From Neodothiora populina (lineage: Eukaryota): 64,000 bases of DNA. The position numbers and the translations under genes are program-made. The notes below the pieces were generated by a model, which was given only the letters and a program-made list of their open reading frames with translations, was not told the DNA's origin and did no database searches. Each line of letters opens with the position of its first letter. Position 1 is the stretch's first letter. Where the stretch lies: positions 806,001 to 870,000 of the forward strand of contig NW_027191410.1 of assembly GCF_041146345.1 (NCBI RefSeq). The letters run 5' to 3'. Of this stretch, positions 12,720 to 24,451 are shown one piece after another.

Positions 12720-14128
12720 TTTTCGGTCGATTGTTGGGCACTCCAGTTGCAATGTTTATTGAGACGAGGTGTCAAACAATGATACAGATCCCGGGTTGGA
12801 AAGACAATGTCAATTGCTAGGGAAGGAGCGACAAGAAAAAGGTGGAATGACGAGCAATACACGGGAGAACCGAGTCCGTACTGTAAGGCAAGGCAAGTCG
12901 GGGTAAGCACACGCACAAAAGTAGAAAAGAAGAAGAAGACAGCTTGTAGCAATTCAGTAGGAAAGGAGATTGAATAAGCTCAGAAAGGAAATTTGGTTGC
13001 GGACACCCTCGGCATACGGGGGTCTCGGGGATGCTGTACTGTGCTGTACTTACGACAAGTACTGCACCAACACAGACAATCCAGGCACGCTGAGGGTTGG
13101 GACTCTGGGGCTTCGGCTTGCCGGCGCTGCCCTGGCTTCCCGAGGCCTGACACTTTGTTGGTCATGCCGAATAGCAAGCAGTCCAAAGCTAAGCGACGCT
13201 GACCCGACGCTGACCCGACCCTGACCCTGACCAGAAATCTGTGAATTATGATTGGAGCCATCGTTGATAGGAAACAGTGATGCCTCCTTTGACTGAGGTA
13301 CTGCTGCAGCAAGACCGACGATGTGAGAGTCTTGGTTTGACACATGTCAGACCTCGGCATCTTCTTACGGACGTTGTTGCCTGCAAGATGCTATCAGATA
13401 CGGTAAGTGGAAGTTAGTTATAGCAAAGGTTGAAAAGCTGGGCTATTTCAGGTCCCATGTTTGCACAATATAAATATATAGGAGTGCGCATGACAGCCCG
13501 GTCAAATCAAGGGACGTTGTGTTGGCGAGCGAGTGAATGATTGATTCGTGCGTTGCGGCCAAGGTCATATATGCTTCTGCGCCGCTGGACGATGGAATAG
13601 AGTGCGTGTAACAATGATGGATGGTTCTCTTGCCAGATAGAGAAAGAGGTAGAGATGCACCAAGTGATCAGACTACAGTGAATATGCAGACCGAGGAATG
13701 TACAGGACGTCGATTGATCAGAAATGCATAGACATCACATAGGATACAAGTACAGTACATGGACTGTCCATTTATGGAGGCAGTCAGGAAGGGCAAGTCG
13801 CAGCAGGAATGTCAACCGGTCTCATCCTATACTTCTTATCATTAAAGACCCGGCCACCAAGAAATCATGTACGTACAGTAGCTACGAATGGATGGACGAC
13901 AATCCGTAAAATGATAACTACCTACCTACCTTAGAGGAGAGAGGGTGGTGTCAGCCCACGGAATGGCCAGTGCGTCGTGTTCCAACTCTTCCCAATTCCT
14001 TGGCAAGCGAGACTCACTTCACCTCTGGTGATATGTTGCAAGCTGAAGCAGAACTCACGCATACACACTCATACACTTAACCCGCAACTCTCCACTCTTC
14101 GGCACATCCCCCCTACTTCCGTCTCCAG

Positions 14129-15122
14129 ATGCAGTGCACATCCCTTCTGCGCATCGCTGCGCGCGCTGCTCGCGCTCCCCAGCCTCGCGTCGCCCGCGTC
14201 CAGGTTCCCGCTCGCTGCTCTCTGAGCCAGACCAGGACCTTTGTCGCCAGCGCCAGACTCGCCGATGTTGACGCCCACGACCCTCACCACGAGGAGAGCT
14301 TCGAGGAGTTCACCGCCAGGTGAGATCCCACATCTTCCGCTGCCTGCCTGCCCTTGCCCGGGAGTCGCGCTCGAGGACAAGACTTCCTCCGGGCCGGCTC
14401 GACCAACACGCACCGCTCGTCCGTCTGCCTCTACTTCGACTGCGGCTACACTCGGACGAGAATGGCAGGTGTTCAGCGGAGCCACAAGAGCGTTTGGAAG
14501 CGCCAATGGCTGACCGAGACTTTCTTGAAACAGATACGAGAAGGAATTCGATGGTGTCCAGGACGTTTTCGAGCTTCAGGTATTTGACCATCGTTGTTTT
14601 TTTGTCACCGTCTTCAGCATGACAATCGACGGACCCTACATACGCCATCAATTGAAGGGCTGTTGTTGTGTTGTCTCGTCTCCAATTGATCACTCAATCG
14701 CATCCCGCGTCCCAATCAGGCAGGATAACCCGTGAGCTGACCCAAAACCCTCACAGAGAAACTTGAACAACGCTTTCGCATACGATCTCGTTCCCTCCCC
14801 ATCCGTCATCATCGCTGCTCTCAAGGCTGCCAGAAGAGTCAACGACTTCCCCACTGCCGTCCGAGTCTTCGAGGGTGCGTTGAATCTATTTTTTTTAAAT
14901 TCTATTTCCAATCTATTCTCTACTCCTTCATTGTGGATCAGAGCAAAACAAAAGAAACACCGTCGTCCACTTTGCTAACATATACTCTTTCTCATCCTGA
15001 CAGGCATCAAGGCCAAGGTCGAGAACAAGGGCCAGTACGATGAATACCTCCAGGAGCTCGAGTCCATCAGGCAAGAACTCGGCATCGAGCTCAAGGAAGC
15101 CATGTACCCCGAGTCATCTTAA
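14129..15122 (+). CDS. COX6: Cytochrome c oxidase subunit VI (yeast Cox6, mammalian Va); exons 14129-14319, 14534-14579, 14757-14874, 15004-15122
   Basis: Arg-rich presequence, HEESFEEFTARYEKEF, FELQRNLNNAFAYDLVPSP, AARRVNDFPTAVRVFEGIKAKVEN. Confidence 0.95.
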
Positions 15123-16347
15123 GCTCGCACGACTCCACCCATCATCCAAAAGATACAAACACCAATACACATAGCTTTTTCGTCCCAAAGACTATAACTC
15201 AATCCACACACAATTATACATAAATTCCATACCGTTTTTGAATCGTCGAGCGAATGAGGAGACGAAGAAAGACTACCGATCTTTTCTCTTACTCTGGGTC
15301 AATCACGGCTATGACTCTTGCTCTGTTGTTTACTGTTTCCCCATGCTTGCCCTTCTTTTTTCTCGCGTAATAGGAGGAGAGGATGAGAATTGAGCCGGAG
15401 ACTTTTTGTCAAGCCTACTGTCCCAGGGAATACTAGATCTTCGATAGGAAACAAGAATGAAAGACAGAATAGGGCTCGAATGTACTTCTATTGCTACCAT
15501 ACTACTCTACCACTCTCACGACCGCCGCCACTACCATGTCTGAATTATGCTCTGTGCCATTCGCCATCTACTTGACTGATTGAGGTAAATAGGGCTGTGA
15601 ACTACTTCACGCAAGGAGAGGAGAGATTAATCAACCTCGTTGATGCCGATGACGGTCGACTTCTCCTTCCGTTGAACAAGTGACGATGTTCAGGTGACAA
15701 CCTTAAGGTATGATCGAGTGACGGAATGAAACTGGTAGAAATTCAGCCCCCGCCCCTCCTCCCTCCTCCTCTTCTACAACTGGTTGACGAACCACGAACC
15801 ACGTTTATAGTCTCAAAGAAACAAGAGAGAGCGTTTGCCAAATACGCCCAACCTTCTCTCTTGCTCCGCGTTCTAGCAATTCTCTCCAGAGACAACATTG
15901 TCAGGTGCCAGACCTGAATCATCCAAGGAACGCAAGCGCAGAGAGATTCACTTGCACCCATGACTTCTCGCCCTTTGTCTCGCTTTCTCGGCGTGCCTCA
16001 AGTGAAGAAAGATTTCAGTCAACTCGCCGATAATGAAGCCAAATGTAGAAGTTCCAGAGCTCACGCCTTTTTCTTTCCCTACGGTACGCAACAAGCAAGC
16101 ACTGATTACCTACATCCACCACGCTGAGAAAGCGCAAGGTACCGTACTCTGACCTGTCAACATTCAGGGGGACAAACTAGGCTTCAGTCCCAAATCTGAA
16201 CCCTTGCAAGGCCGACTCCTGCCGGATCCGGATGCTTGAGTTGCAGTTCGCCATAGAGCGAGCTATGACGTTGAGCATGCGTCTGCACATCAGAGACCTA
16301 ACCCCACCTAGTACCCATCAAATTGTAGCCAACGCAAGAGCAATCCA

Positions 16348-19300
16348 TCAATGTCCCGCCGCCGCCGCACGCGACGACCGACCCGTCGACCCCGCCGAAT
16401 TACTCCTCGACGACGACCCTCCTCCGCCACCGGTCGAGCTCCGACTGTTGCTTCTGCGTCTCGTGCTGCCCGTGGTGCTGGCTCGGAACTGGTGTAAGTG
16501 GTGACCGCCTTTCGACGAGGAAGAAGTAGTGTTGTGGGCTGTGGTCGTGTCTGAAGAGGTTGGGCCCGTGGTGCTACTGCTGGCGCTGGTTGTGCGGATC
16601 AGATTGTTTGGCTGCTGTTTCTAGAGAACGCACGATAGATGGTATGTCAGAAGAATGGACTTTTTCGCGGAGTTGTGGTGTCTCTTATGAACATCGGGCA
16701 ACGGGCAACGGGCTTCGCGAGTGTGGAAAAGGTAAAGATAAGCAATATAAGTGTGTTACGGGGCTGGTATCGCCCATTTTCTAATCTCTTTTTTTTGTTT
16801 GTACATGAGAAAATTCGGATGGGAAGGGAATGAAGTTGTAAGCAAGCGACTCGGAGTATTGGCGTGGAACGCAAACAGGGCTGAGTCGTTCTCAAATGCT
16901 ATGGCAAAGTGCTGAGCGCCCCTGTGGAAAACCAAGAAAGAAAAAAAAAAGAAGGGTAAGAAAAAAGGCCTATGGATATGCTATCGAGAAGTGAAGAGTA
17001 ACACGCAGGATACAGTGAGGGCGGTGTATATTGCCCCAGCACACGCCATTGGATTTTTATGGTATAATCTTGTCAACGACAGATGATGCAAAGCGCTCGT
17101 GTTATGGGAAATTGCTCAAACCAGACAGGAGTCGACAAAAGTCAGTAGGAAGCTCGCACTCAACGTACCGAGCTGATTTGCTGCTGCGCTCTCGTTACAT
17201 CCTGCACTGGGGCCGCAGTGTCATCCTGCAACCTCAACTGCTCCAATCGTAACGGATCCGTTTCGTCCGTTGATGTGGAGTTGGGGCCCGGAGCTGTGCC
17301 TGCGCTCACACTTGCTGCTGGCGGGAGTCCGCTCTTCATTTTCTGGGCAAGTTCGGTGATTTTGTCCCATCTCGCTTGCCTCGCTTGCTGTCTTTGATCG
17401 GCGTTGTTTTGTTGTTCGGTATACTCGTGAGAGCATTCATCGAAAAGTTGTGGATTTACCTCCATGAAAAGCTTCATCGCGTTGTAAACCATCCCGTGGA
17501 TGGTGCTACACCTCGTCAGCACGAACTTATTCCAGGTAAGAAGTGGTAAGCATACCGATTCCAATGTCCCTTGGAGTTCTCGTATAGAGGAGCGAACATG
17601 ATCGGCAAGATGACTTCGACATTGTCGCTCACGAGATTGCAGAAATACTCGTTGTTCCAGAAGTACAGTGCGCGTTCAGCAACCTGCAGAGGAGAATTAG
17701 CATTTCGGAATCACCGTCAGAGGGAAATGCATGCATACCTGGAAATGAGGGCTCGCCACGGATTTAGCGAGTTGGTTGAAGAGTGGCTCTTGCACCTTTG
17801 CGAATTCTGCGGGGTCCATGACCTCGAAGATGTCTTCGACTTCGTTGAGGAACATGACCTCTTTGGTGCTGTTGACCTTGGGCCAGTATCTCAGAAGACC
17901 AAGGACGACCTGTAAAAGATTAGCGAACTTGATTCATGCAGTCCGATCACGGTAATATTTACCTCCTCGGTAAGAGCAGCATCCTTCTCCAGGAATTGTA
18001 CGATACAGTAGGCCAGCTGCGGATGGTACATGGCTAAGCTCTTGACCTTGTGTAGAGGTATGAGCACACGAGTAAGGAAAAGTTTGTGCTCCTCTTTGAG
18101 CGGTAGAGCGAAACCATTGATGATGGAACCGAGGATCTCGAGCAATTCTGCGATACCGTTGAAGCGCTCGGTTTCGTAGACGAATTGGAAGAAAACGTTG
18201 TTGATGGATCGTCGAATGTAAGACCTCAGGTTCAAGAATTTGCCGTAGATGCGATGAAGCGTGGTCTTCAAGAAGTCCCTCTCTCTGGGATCTTCAGAGT
18301 CGAAAAGCTCGAGCAGCTGTAGTACAAAGCCGTGGTCGATGTACTGCTTGGCGAAATTTGTGTTGAAGTCAGGGCTCTCGATGAAGCGCAAGAAGAATTC
18401 GTAGACGACTTGGATGTGAGGCCAGGCAACCTCGAGTACGGGCTCGTCCTCTTCGGGATCGAAAGCATCGCCTTGCGGATTCATTGGTGGCGGGATCGGG
18501 CGAAACAGGTTCTTGGAGAACATCTCGACGACTCTCGGATACATGGGTTCGGAGATGACCTGGCGGTTTTGCGCAACGTAATCCAATAGCTCATGTAGCG
18601 CCAGACGCTTGATCTCCTTGGACTTCATGTCTCCGCTCGCATCGTTGAAGTCAAAGATAATATTGCACTGATCCAACTTTTGCATGAAAAGCTCTTGGCG
18701 GCGATTTGGAGGGACCTCGTGGAAACCCGGCAGCTTCTCGAGTTCGCGTTGTCTCTGATCGGAAATGTCGAAGCGCGAAGAATGCTGTCGCTTAGGGGTG
18801 CGCACGCCCTCTGGAACGGTGTCTTTGGGGGTTGCTTGGAGGCGATCGAACAAGAGCGACTTCTGGCCGGCTTTGGGAGGCGCCAGATCATGAGGCATCG
18901 TCTCAGCTTGGCCGGGAGATGGAATGTGCTGCGAGAATTAGCGGATGCAAACAACAGCGGCGGCAGCGGCGGCGGCAACAGCAGCAGTAATGGGACGAAA
19001 GCTCTTACAGGAGCACTCGGACTGATGACAACACTAGGGTTCAGGGATGTATTGGCGAAGCGACCAGGGCTCCTGTTATCAGAGGCGGTAGGGGCACCCT
19101 GGGCCTGTTGCGGCATGAACATGGCGGTAGCGTCTTTGCCCTGGGCAGAGACGGCATTGTTGCGCTCCGTGCCGTCGTTGCTTTTACTCCGAGTCTCTGC
19201 GAGATTCTGTGTGGATGAGGTCGGGGTTGCGTGAGCGGAACCAGCAGGGGAGTGCGATCCGCCGGCGAGGGGAGAAGCGGTACCAGAACTGGGCTCGCCG

Positions 19301-19629
19301 CCCTTTTTCTTCGATAGCTTGTTGCGATCTGTAGCTTTGGAAAGCTGCTCATGCTGAGCTCGTCAGCCTTGATGCGCGGGAAAGAGAAGAGTGACGCGAG
19401 TGCAGTGGAGATGGAGCGGATGGTGGTGGTGATGACGATGCAGAGGGCGACGACGACACCGGCAAGTAAATGATGCAGACGACGACGAGGACGACGACGG
19501 CAAGGATAACAACAATAACAGCAGCGGCAAGGACAGAAGACAAGTACGACACAACAAGTTTCATGTACAGGTGAGTAGACGAAAAGGCAATTCAGCTATG
19601 CTTACCACTCGCTGTCTGAAACCCTTCAT
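16348..19629 (-). CDS. RTS1: PP2A regulatory subunit B'/B56; multi-exon, two possible C-termini (stop at 17160 or 16348)
   Basis: [13 protein letters not shown] start; [48 protein letters not shown] and [17 protein letters not shown]56 motifs. Confidence 0.93.
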
Positions 19630-20474
19630 GGTTGCGATGATGGAAGTCGCGAAGGCAGGTTACGCTGCAAGGGAAGGGCCAGAGGCCAGCCCAATGGGAC
19701 GAGGGATAGAGCCAATGTCGGAAGGGCGAGGTCGCGAGAGGAAGCCGCCTCTGTCAGTCGCAAAGGATGGATGGTCTCCTTGTATCCGCAGGTCGATGAG
19801 TGCCGTTCAGGGCGTCTTGGGTGGATGTGGACGGTGGATATCTGGAAAAAGGCGATTGAATCCAATGCGGAATTGACTTGGGAGACGATGTACGAGGCAC
19901 AGGAGGTGATGATTGCAGTGTGCAGCTGCTCCACAACCCACGGCCGCAGAGCTGTTCTTGGCTTAAGGTTGTCGACGTCAGTTTCTCTGGTGTCTAGTAC
20001 AGTTACCAGCCAACAGACAATGTGTGGGGACGACGATATATCTCTGTGAGACAGACAGACACCAAAGCAAGAGTCGAGGGAAGATTGATACCAAGGTAAG
20101 GTATGATAGGTAAACAACTGGCACTTATCGATTGTCTACTTGTGTTCCCTTAGGCTCTTAGGATGAAGCCAGTCGTGTCCAACATGGTGAATCTCTGTTG
20201 CGATGTTGTGATGCGCCAATCAAACATCGCCCTGCTTAAGGCCTGCGGGGCCGCCAAGAGATTGCCCGTTGAAGCTTCGTCAGGGTTCACATTCGATGAT
20301 AATAATACTGCAGTGGTAGCTGAAGCTTGTCTGTCTGATGTGCCTTGAGCTGGTGATAATTAAACTTACTCTTCCCTTGACCAATCAATCCTTTTGGGGC
20401 AGTCCATCCTGCTGTCGCTGTATCATATTCACTAATTGGTAGCAATGCAATAAGACTCATGATAATCTCTCGCC

Positions 20475-22665
20475 ATGGCTGCTGGTGACAATGACTCTCC
20501 GCCTCCGGGGGTCATGCTTGATCAGCAAAGGTCATCACTTGATCAGATGCCGGCAGTCGCTAGTGAAATGCAACACTCTCGCGCCCATCAATATGGAGAC
20601 GCCGAGTGGCTAAAATTACCCCAAGACCGCGTCGTGACTCTAGAACACCCGTGTATCGTGAACGATGTTGATAAAGCTATCAAGTCGCTTGGTGGCGAGC
20701 AACACATGAAAAATGTAGGTCAGCTCTTCTTACTTCTCTTTCGCCGTCTCTTCCACCTCTGATCGTTCCCCCTCTCCAGCTTCTCGCTCCGTGCGGCCAG
20801 ACTTTGCCTGTCGGACTTTCTCTGCGTCCCCATGATACCCTGGCCAAGAAGCTCGTGTCCCGAGAGGTTCCTGTGCAAAACATCCTTCTGCGAGTGACCC
20901 TACCAAAATGCACCGGACGTAAACGAAAGCGCGGTTCCGGCGAGCCTTTCGTCTATCCCGTTGACCAAGACCGTGGGGTCGTCGCCTCTCACTCGCCCGA
21001 TGCGCCACTATTACTGCAGCATTTGCGAGACAATGCCGACAGATATACGATTCAGCCAATCGGTCCTGTGAAGGAGACACATCGGTTCAGATGTATGTTT
21101 TCCATGTGCTCAAAGCATCCCTGGGTATCTCGACTAATAACGAGACAGCTTTGCCCGACTTTCAGATCAAGAGCGGCACCCAGACTGTCATGAGTCAAAT
21201 TGGCCAGCATCTTGTGGATGCATCGCGTGAGTTTCTCGGCAGTACATCGCTGGGGTTGCACAGTACGGCTGCTGATTATGACAGTCGCAAGCATTAAGCG
21301 TTTCGATCTAGACACTACTCCTGGCATTCGACCCGGTGAAGAGATGCTACCTCCGCCATCTTTCACTAATTTGTCTCAAACCATGAACTATAGGTAAGCA
21401 GATAATTGCTTGCGAGCATGAGACCATTCGGGTGTTCTGGCGATTCTTGCTAACAACCTCCTAGCTACAAACAAAATCAGGGCGCGTCTACAGTCACTGA
21501 TGCTCAGGGCCACGTGAAGGCTGTGAATCTGCAGAAGCCCAAGAAGCGTGCCGTGCTTGCGGTTCCAGCAGATACTGAGCACATCCCAACTGGCCCTCCA
21601 CCAGACCTTACAGCTCTAGAGGACACCAATGTCTACCTGGAGCAGGCGGTCAAGAACATATCTGCCTTGCTCGAGAAACGCCCCGTCGTGACTCGACGTG
21701 TTGCAATGAATCTCATAGACTGGGGAAGCGAATCCTTGTTCAAAGAAGCCACGCAGTATGTTGGCTACAGCTTCAAGTCGGGTCCGTGGCGAGACGCTCT
21801 GGTGAAATGGGGCATCGATCCGAGAAAAGATCCAAAGTACCGCATCTACCAAACTCTCTCCTTCCAGCTCATGTCCAAAGACAAGATGATGGCGGAGGCA
21901 AAGATGTTGCCCGACGGACGGAACACGTGGATCAGGAGCGAGCGCTATAGGAAAGACGAGCAGCCGAGCCACATTTTCGACGGCAACGGAATCACGACCA
22001 ACGGCAAGACGTGGCAGATTTGCGACATCAAGGAACCCCTGATCAAGCGCTTGCTTGACACGAATGAGCTACGAGATACGTGTGACGTAAGTAAACTATA
22101 TCCCTTCTTTTTTTTTGTTTCTGTCCACAAAAGAGCCCTCACTGAATCCCGGCGCCCCAAACAGAACGAAAGCTGCGGCTGGTACCACAACGGCACAATG
22201 AGCAAAGTGCGCATCATCATGCGCGACATGATAGGCATGATGCTGCTGGGCCAAGCCCCCGACACAGCAACATACGAGAAACTCTGCACGATCCCGAACA
22301 TCATCGACCCATCGACCTACGCGGGCTGTTATTTCTCAGGCAGCACCGACGGCGAAAAGGTCGTCAAGCTGTCGAGCGAGATTCGCAACATCGCCAAGAC
22401 GAACATGATCCTGAGAGCTAAGATTCGAGCTGCCGTGACTAGAGATCAAGGCGATCAGCCTCCTGTTGCTGCAAGTGATCATGATGCTGACGATGGGAGG
22501 CAAGCGTCACTCGAGGCGCACCAGATGGAGGCTGTGAGGGGGGAGCATGGAGGGGCTGTCAATGGAATGGACGACGACGGGGATTTCGATGTCGAGGGTG
22601 ACGACCTCAATGCGTCCGACGCCGAGGCGGAAGAGGATGCGGGAGAGGACGAAGACGAAGACTGA
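20475..22665 (+). CDS. TFC1: TFIIIC subunit Tfc1/tau95 (GTF3C5); multi-exon
   Basis: VVTLEHPCIVNDVDKAIKSLGG, NILLRVTLPK, HRFR.LPDFQ, YSFKSGPWRDALVKWGIDPR..PKYRIYQTL; acidic tail. Confidence 0.88.
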
Positions 22666-22782
22666 AAACGCACGCACCAGATACTGTTCATGTCGCATCC
22701 ATAGTGTCAATCAATGTCATTATAATAAGTCATTACAGCGCCGCCCCTCCCCGCTCAATGAGCTGGCAGATCCGATCCTTTC

Positions 22783-23700
22783 TCAGACCAGGGGAGCCTT
22801 CTTCTTGATCCCCAGCTTGGCGCCAAAGTCCGTCTTCTTCTTGGGCTTCCGAGCAAAAGTGGGGAGAGGAATGGAAGATGGAGGGGGCATCAGTGCAGCA
22901 GCAGATTTAGTCGGGCTCGGTATCCTCGAGCTGGACGCTTGCGCCGAGGACGACGAGGACGCAAAGCTCGAGGATGCAGTGGGTGCGGATGCAGATGGTC
23001 CCCCGTTTGCTGCTTGTTGCGGGTCTTCTTCTTCTCCCTCATCGTCCTCGACCAGTCGTCGAACCTTCTCTCCTCCAGCGCCGAGAAAAGCGCGCCTGGC
23101 CGCCTCTGCGTCTTCTGCCTCTTGCCGCTCGCGCTCAGTATCCTTGTGATCGACAACAGTGGCATCTGCACCATCCTTCTCGCCACGCTCGATGCGCGCA
23201 TTCCTCGTCCTGATTTCGTCGAGCGCATCCGCAATCTGCATCTCCGTCTTCGCGTCCAGGGTCTTGGCCTCCAGCTCCTTCATCGCATCCCTCTCGGCCT
23301 CCTCGCGCTCCAAGCGATCCAGCCTCTCCTCCTCGGTCTCCTCGGCCAGCTTGGCCTCCCTCCACGGCTCGAAGTTGCGCTTGGCCCCCTTTTCGCACAT
23401 GTAGTCCATGTTCTTGGGGTCGGTCTTGAAGGTGATCTCGGCGCTGCACCGCGTGCACCGGATGTAGAAGCGGAAAATGGTGATGGCGTAGTATTTCTCG
23501 TCAGTCGTCTCCTTGCGCGCGTTGAACTTGCGCCCCTTGTAGATGAACTCGCCGCATGATGTGCATTTCATGCTGAAGGGTGCCATCAGACGCACCGTTT
23601 GCATCAAGGGCCCGACTTTTTTCGAGCCCTTGACGCGCTGGATCTTCGAGGGGTCGAAGTCCGGCGGGTAGTATTTGGTCAGGACTTTGCGTTCGGACAT
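22783..23700 (-). CDS. YJU2: Splicing factor Yju2/Cwf16
   Basis: MSERKVLTKYYPPDFDP, VRLMAPFSMKCTSCGEFIYKGRKFNA, CTRC..EITFKTDPKN. Confidence 0.95.
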   Translation of the reverse strand: MSERKVLTKYYPPDFDPSKIQRVKGSKKVGPLMQTVRLMAPFSMKCTSCGEFIYKGRKFNARKETTDEKYYAITIFRFYIRCTRCSAEITFKTDPKNMDYMCEKGAKRNFEPWREAKLAEETEEERLDRLEREEAERDAMKELEAKTLDAKTEMQIADALDEIRTRNARIERGEKDGADATVVDHKDTERERQEAEDAEAARRAFLGAGGEKVRRLVEDDEGEEEDPQQAANGGPSASAPTASSSFASSSSSAQASSSRIPSPTKSAAALMPPPSSIPLPTFARKPKKKTDFGAKLGIKKKAPLV

Positions 23701-24451
23701 GGTGGCGGCGGCGGTGTTGGTGACAGTGGTAGTGGTTTTGTGTCCAGAAAGAGGTATTTATTCTTGTATATCCAGATATTCCAGATGACAAGTTGTGTCC
23801 GGGTGATGATGTGAGCAAGGACGAAGACCGTTGATGGAGTCGGTAGATGAGGCAACCGATTGAGCCTCACGTCAGCCTCAGGCAGACATGACATGTAGAA
23901 CAAACACCGACTTCCAACGTGTTGGCCATATATCTTGGCCCGGCGGCGTTTCAGCAGCGGCAACAGTTCACTTTGTTCGGGGGGGGCGATCCGGCTCCTA
24001 TTTGGCTACCTTAATTAAGGTCCTTTACGGAGTACTCTAGCTTCAAAGGCACTGAATGAATGTTTGTGGGGTCGCTGCACTCTTGCGCAAAGGCAGAGAG
24101 CTGCGCGCGTCCATGACGGTCATTTGTTTATTCAAACAGTGAAACATTGGGAGACCTATTTACTTGTTTTCTTACATGCATGTAATTTTCACCAGCAACC
24201 AGGAAGCAGCAGCCTTTCCACTTTTACGCTACCGCACAACACCTTTTGGCCGTATGATATCTGCATTTCTGGATTGGCATGGCATTATCGGAACATAACA
24301 ATCACATCTTCTCGGGAATGCCAACGCAGATATTAGCCCGGCATACATTATAGCGTCTCGAATAGCAGGAAAGACTATCATTGCACTCTATCTGGCGGCT
24401 CACTGAACAAGTCTTGCTCGCGAAGCTCATAACCACCTCATATCCCGCGAC

